DNA of 64,000 nt from an uncultured Nitrososphaerales archaeon. GTDB lineage: Archaea; Thermoproteota; Nitrososphaeria; Nitrososphaerales; Nitrososphaeraceae. Both the position numbers and the translations under genes were made by a program. The notes under the pieces were generated by a model that was not told where the DNA came from, did not search any database, and saw only the letters and a program-made list of their open reading frames with translations. Location of the stretch: the NCBI GenBank assembly GCA_963709405.1, contig CAVPXM010000020.1, positions 48,362-112,361 on the forward strand. Reading direction: 5' to 3'. Below are positions 58,188 through 64,000 of this stretch, piece by piece (position 1 is the first letter of the stretch; every line of letters begins with the position of its first letter).

Positions 58188-58554
58188 GTTTCGCTTCTTG
58201 TCTTAAATTAAATGTTAAATGCTCGTGTTATGAAGTCTGCATTTAGTGGCAGCATTAGTAGTGACTCCTCTATCCGATCTGAAAGGAATGTCTACTATGA
58301 AAGTGTCGTCCAAGAAAGATCATCATCATATACATCTACTACGATAGACTGAATTTTTTTACCACATTTACTACGATTTAAAACTAAAATTTTGCCGCAA
58401 TTTATTGTGTCTTTTTTTGTTTATCAAAAATCATCGACTGCTAGATTTTTTTATGAATTATACTATTTTCTTTGAAATAACTATTATTAATTAGCCACTA
58501 TTATGACTGTATTAATTCTATAGGTAGAATAAGGATAAAGTATACTACTTTATC

Positions 58555-59364
58555 ATGAAACAAAAGAAGTTTAATGATAAGAGAAGAAATATCAGTAATA
58601 CTAGGAATAAGCGAACAGCTTCTTCTGCTGCTTACAAGCGAATCAAGCGAGCTACTAAAGACCATCAAAAAAGTAATTATGATAATCAAACTGATAATAA
58701 GGAGAATAATAGAAATATAGATATGAGCATGGGACTAGGAGAAGAGAAAAAATTAAAGGGTAAAACGGATCAAAAGGAAGAGAAACCCTCGTCATCATCA
58801 GAAGCAATCACAACACCATCATCACCACTACCTACATTATCAACAGTTCAACCAGAGGTATTTGATTCGTATAGATATAATGCTATGTCAGAAACGAAAG
58901 AAACGGCAGATATGGGACCAGATAATTCAAGTAAAGTATTCTCACAAGTGGAAGAAAAACAACAGCTAGATCCTTCGACAATAAGTAGCAACGATGGCGT
59001 TAAAAAAACCGAACCTGAAAATAGTCTAAACACAAATCCGGATACCACTAGCTTCCCTATGGCAAATCCGACTTTAGAAGAAAGAGATCGTAACGTAATG
59101 AAATTAAAAAAAGAGGATGTAGTGTCGAAGCTGGATGTAAAACAAGACATTACTCAGGTTCACGAAGAATCGGAAAAACAAGATCATTTAGGCGAATCAG
59201 TTAGGTTTTATGATAGCGAGAATAAAGGATCTTATTCTAATTCACCCAACTATGATAACAATCCATTCGTTTCCGTAATAAAATTATGGCAATCTTATAA
59301 CGTTGCATGGATTAATGGATATAATGAATTTATGAAAGCTTGGATGGGTATGATTAAAAGTTAA
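58555..59364 (+). CDS. Low-complexity hypothetical protein
   Basis: 269-aa ORF, basic N-terminus, disordered middle, aromatic C-terminal helix. Confidence 0.6.
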   Translation: MKQKKFNDKRRNISNTRNKRTASSAAYKRIKRATKDHQKSNYDNQTDNKENNRNIDMSMGLGEEKKLKGKTDQKEEKPSSSSEAITTPSSPLPTLSTVQPEVFDSYRYNAMSETKETADMGPDNSSKVFSQVEEKQQLDPSTISSNDGVKKTEPENSLNTNPDTTSFPMANPTLEERDRNVMKLKKEDVVSKLDVKQDITQVHEESEKQDHLGESVRFYDSENKGSYSNSPNYDNNPFVSVIKLWQSYNVAWINGYNEFMKAWMGMIKS

Positions 59365-59743
59365 CCCAAATAGCGTATGAAGCATTTAATTCAATATTAG
59401 GATGATAAAGTTTTGACGGAAATATAAACAACTCAATACCCGATCTACTTTTTACAAAAAGTAGATATTTTTTACTTTTATCACGAGCCGAATAATTCAT
59501 CAAGAAACCTTTCAAACTCAATATCGCTCGTCAAATAAACATCACTAAAAAGATGATGAATCGTGCAACAAAGCGGGTATTGATTCTAAATTGCCGTTGC
59601 CATCACAGGCAGGAAATATTGCATACGGGAGGCTGTCTATAGTTGAATATATGGATACACACCAAAAATATGTGTCACGTATGGACAGTTGGGAGGAATT
59701 CTAGCGAATAACCGAGTACAATGCGTATTCGATTTACATGGGG

Positions 59744-59968
59744 TCATTTGTTTAATTCTAGCTTTACTATGTTTACTAAATCAAATAGTGTAATTGGTTT
59801 TGGAATAAAACATTTTACATCCTGAGCCAATGTTTGAATTTGCATCCTTAACTCTTCACTATACATCTCGGAAGCAGTCAGAAAACAGACTTTCACTTTA
59901 TCGTCTACCTTTCTTATTTCTCGATATAATTCAAAGCCGTCCATCTTAGGCATAGCATGACTGCTCAT
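59744..59968 (-). pseudogene. Response regulator receiver domain, 5' truncated
   Basis: MPKMDGFELY, VCFLTA, FIPKP; phosphoacceptor half missing. Confidence 0.75.
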
Positions 59969-60049
59969 ATTGGATATAGAACTTTATAACCTCATTGCGA
60001 ATCTCCGTTATCGTTATTATAGAAATCATTCATATTTTTGTATCTATTA

Positions 60050-60650
60050 TTTATATTGTTACTTAGTGGAAGACTGAAACAAAAGATAGCTCCCTTTTTT
60101 CAGTTCGAGTTAATATTTTCGGCGCTATCTTACCACCATGAGCTTCAATAATGCTTTTTGATATAAATAATCCTAAACCAGTCCCGCTTTAGGATTTGGT
60201 GGCAAATTTTGAAAATAATTTGGGAAATATTTCTGGATCTATCCCAGTACCTGTATCTGTATCTTTAACGCTAATCACAACCTCCTTCTTATTGTCGTTA
60301 TCATTATCGTCACCAAACTTTTCTGGTTCTGATAGGTACACTAACCGCCACATTTCCAGATGTTGTCGTGGTAGCTATTTCTTTGGCGAATTTAATAGCA
60401 TTATCTAGCAAATTGGAGATGACCTGAGTTTCTACTGCACATGCTAGCGAATCATTGGCATTTTTTAGTTGTGCAGTTCTTGCGACTACCATTTTCTCTA
60501 ATTGTTTATTCCATGAGAATACAAGAAATGCAATGATTAATGCTACTATTCCTATAATTATCACTACCAATGTAGTAAAGTATTTCAGTTGATCAATTAA
60601 TGTACCTACGTCACTTGCTAGGTACATTAACCTACTAAGCAAAGGATCGC
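60050..60650 (-). pseudogene. Sensor histidine kinase remnant
   Basis: QVISNLLDNAIKF, VKDTGTGID, GTGLGLFISKSIIEAHGG; HisKA region deleted. Confidence 0.75.
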
Positions 60651-60854
60651 TGGTAAATTGCTATAAAATATGGATAATCTGACATCATGATTGAGCCCTT
60701 TCGGTTAAGTTTGCCACCTGTGAAACGTGGGATGACAAGTAGTCATTTTTTACTTCACTTATGGACTATACGTTTGATCACTAGTTATGAAAGTAGATCT
60801 CGTATTTGAATCATATGTGGATAGATAAATAAGTAATGACTATCTCGAACTGCT

Positions 60855-61905
60855 CTACTGGCTACGAATGGCACTTCTACGATTACGAAATATTCCACTC
60901 CATCTTTTTGGTGAAGGTTTTGCTGTTGAGGAGGAATGAGGAACAATTGATATTCTATCCATAGTTGGAATTTTAGAACGCATTTCAGTCGCTATCTCGA
61001 TCGACAACAACTCAACTTCTGCCAAGGGCTTGCTGCCATCAATTTCTATATGTACTTCAGCTTGCGTTACCAGACCGGTAGGACGGAGCAATACTGACCT
61101 AACTATGATCTGCTCGTAGCTGAATTTCTCTTCGATGGTCCTCTTGACAATTTCTGTAACCTTGGGATCTTGCCACGAATCTACAAGTATAAGAGATGAA
61201 CGTTTGAGTGATACGTAGGAGACAGAAAAAACGTACCCGGCGATTATCATACCACCTATAGCATCTGCTTGTAAGAATCCCAGCTGAGAGGCTATCACGA
61301 CACTAATAAAACCAATGACTGAAGCAGAACCATCTTTTATTGAATTTTTGGCATCAGTTTTTAATGAGAGTATGTCATATTTGTTCGCGATAGTTCTCAT
61401 TTGAAATGCTCTGTATAGAGAGATACCAGCCGCAGCACTAGGACAATCATAGTCAAAATAGGCTGCCGAATTTCTCTTGGTTGTATTAGGGCCTCATAAG
61501 AGTGATAAAAGATAATACCACCAATTATAACCATTCCTATTGCTCCATAAGTGCTGCGAAGCTTTCAACTTTATGATATCCAAAATGGAAGGTCTTATCT
61601 GCAGGTCTGTGTGCAATTCTCAGCCCTAATAATACTATGAAAGATATCATTGCATCAGACAAGGAATCAGTTCCATCTGCTGTGGCAACAGCACTACCGC
61701 TAACATATCCGGTAACAAGTTCTACAATACCGATACTTATTAAAGTGATAACTGAAATTTTGGCAATCCTCTGACCTGCTAGGATCCCTTCATTTATCAA
61801 ACTAGAAGTTGAAGTCGCAGATCCTGTATTCGTGAGAGGTTTAGAACCATCATTTATATGTTCTCTAGTTATTTCGTTATCATCATCCAATACTACGATA
61901 TACAA
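60855..61905 (-). CDS. Cation diffusion facilitator (FieF-like), frameshifted
   Basis: ADGTDSLSD, RPADKTFHFGYHKVESF, ADAIGG, C-terminal dimerisation domain. Confidence 0.85.
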
Positions 61906-62384
61906 TAATCATTCGTATCGGTCATATTTAAGATTTGAATCTAAATGCCAGTATAAGAAATTTAACTTGTACATAAAACATTCTGGTCTTTTTCGAGGCT
62001 TTTCAGCCAATAAACGTCATTGTGTTTTAAGAATTAATCGCCTAAATATCTGCTAGAGTTGTGAAAACTTTTGAAATCACTACAGAATATAGTCAAAAAG
62101 TATATAAAAAATGTAGATCTTTTATTACTTATAAATAATTTAGATAATTACTAGATATTTAAAAATATATCTGAGAACTGAAAGAAATAGACCTTTTTTG
62201 TAGCAACTTAATACCAAACTCATGAAAATGTAGTGAATTATGATGCCAAATGCCACTAGAATGAAAAAAACTATAATAATACTGGATTCATCGAGCACGG
62301 TCTTATGTGGAGATCAAATACGCTCGTACATAAGTTAATATAGTTATTCTCAATAATAAAGATAAGTTCAAAAAGGCAAACCTT

Positions 62385-62774
62385 ATGGAAGAAGAACGTA
62401 ATAGCGACCAATCAGATGATGATTCGGATAGTCACGGCAATTATAAAGATCAAAACAAGTTGAATAAATGCGAAACATTGGACGAAGGTACATTTGCTTT
62501 TATGCATTGGTTGAATTCCGATGATAAGGAGTCATTAAGCTCTACTGGTAACCCCATAGTGCTGTTGAAATTTGTTAATGATGTCCATACCATCCTATAT
62601 GATACATATCTACGTGCAGAGATAGACGTTGAAATAAACAAAGGCATTCCTTATTGTAAATACTGTAAGGAAGGTGATTGTGCTCATGTAGGGTTCGCCA
62701 TCTGCATAGAGCAATTATATGGTCATCGTAGAAGCGGAACAGGTGATACAGTAGAGGATATTATAGAAATCTAG
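62385..62774 (+). CDS. Hypothetical protein with CxxC-x3-CxH zinc motif
   Basis: PYCKYCKEGDCAHVGF. Confidence 0.6.
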   Translation: MEEERNSDQSDDDSDSHGNYKDQNKLNKCETLDEGTFAFMHWLNSDDKESLSSTGNPIVLLKFVNDVHTILYDTYLRAEIDVEINKGIPYCKYCKEGDCAHVGFAICIEQLYGHRRSGTGDTVEDIIEI

Positions 62775-62876
62775 TCAATATCAAATTTTTAGTATATTTG
62801 TTCTAATTTGAGCTATTGACATCATACTCGAAAACGAAACCTAAACCTTTTCACCTTTTCTCGAGGAGACGTAGAT

Positions 62877-64000
62877 TCAGGAGAGTGAGAAGATGTCACC
62901 GATTCCGAAATTCTTAGGATGTTCCCAAACTTGATTACATATGGAGTCATGAAAGCCTGTTACTATAGTTACTATGCCTAATATTGGGAAGACTGAGGAA
63001 GTAATTGCTCCAACATCTTGACCAGCTTTGGCGATAATCAAGGATATCTCTCCTCTTGCCGAGGCCATTCCTAATCCTGTCCTTAGTGCTGTAATGTCAT
63101 CATATCCCTTTGCCCTAATCAATATTGCAATAATTATCAAGAATTTGGAAGCAAATGATGTTAGAATCAGTAACATTGCTGGAACAATGAGTAAAGGAAC
63201 CTGAGATAAGTTAATCAGCGCACCTATGGATATAAAAAATATTGCTGCAAACATATCTCTTAATGGGGTTGTGATCACTCTAGCGACATTAGCACTCTTT
63301 GATTCAGCAACCAACACTCCAGCTAGAAAAGCGCCGGTAACAACAGATAAACCAAGTTCCTTTAGCGTCCAAATGACAAACCAAATGCCAACCCAAGAAT
63401 TACGATTAGAATCAATGCGTAGTCTTGTGTCTTACCAATTCTATCTATTATCGCAGGAATATACCTTGAGCCTAGGAAGAGTGTACTTCCAATAAATGCA
63501 ATAACTATTCCTAATGAAATAGAGACTTGCAGGATAGATACGTGACCTTCATTTGTGGCCACTGATTGAAAGATACCAAGAGTGGTGATAGCTATAATAT
63601 CTTCTACAATAGAAATTCCTAGAATTAGAACGGTTGATTTATCCTTGATCATGCCTACCTCCTCAAGGACTCTAATAGTTATTACCGTACTAGTAATAGA
63701 CATAGCTAATGCAAGGAACAGTGAATCAAAGAATGAAAAGCCGAGTGTTTGAGCAACGAAAAATACGATTAATAGAGTCACTATAGTTTCAGTTAATGCC
63801 ACCTGGATCGAAATCCTACCCACAGATCTTAACTTGGCTATTGGGAATTCAGTGCCAATAACAAATAGTAACATTATAATTCCTGACTCTGCAAAGGTAT
63901 TCAATGAGTTAATATTCTGTATCAATCTAAATGGAGGTGTATAAGGACCTATTATCATGCCAGCGAGTATATAACCAATTACCATAGGTTGTTTTAACTT
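62877..64000 (-). CDS. CPA2 cation:proton antiporter (KefB/NapA-like), frameshifted, runs off the window end
   Basis: GYILAGMIIGP, SITSTVI, IVEDI, LRDMFAAIFFISIG, ARGEISLII. Confidence 0.88.

Noticed and set aside
59555-59574. Solo GTGCAACAAAGC resembling the IS5 inverted repeat
   Set aside because: No partner end or recognisable transposase nearby; at most a tiny scar

Overview
AT-rich archaeal chromosomal segment, most consistent with a soil ammonia-oxidising thaumarchaeote (Nitrososphaeraceae-like; inferred from gene families and TATA-type promoters). It is an accessory, IS-rich region with no rRNA, tRNA or CRISPR array. Many genes are split by 1-bp indels, which may be long-read errors or real decay. 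Main contents: (i) an extracytoplasmic redox-like cluster (two tandem-domain YSPLW/NCP proteins, DM13, a polytopic sulfite-oxidase-family Mo enzyme plus tatC, a CARF-like/wHTH regulator, a Cys-Cys membrane protein, a DUF3179 stub); (ii) a family of HTH-coiled-coil genes, each preceded by an array of short direct repeats, phased at about 10 bp at three loci, which is the most striking unexplained pattern; (iii) a Toprim plus P-loop ATPase operon of a probable integrated element; (iv) a bacterial-type mtnB-mtnD-mtnC methionine-salvage operon lying between 195-bp direct repeats; (v) IS630, IS5-like and IS6 elements or remnants and many gene fragments. All calls come from reading motifs by eye; no database searches were run.
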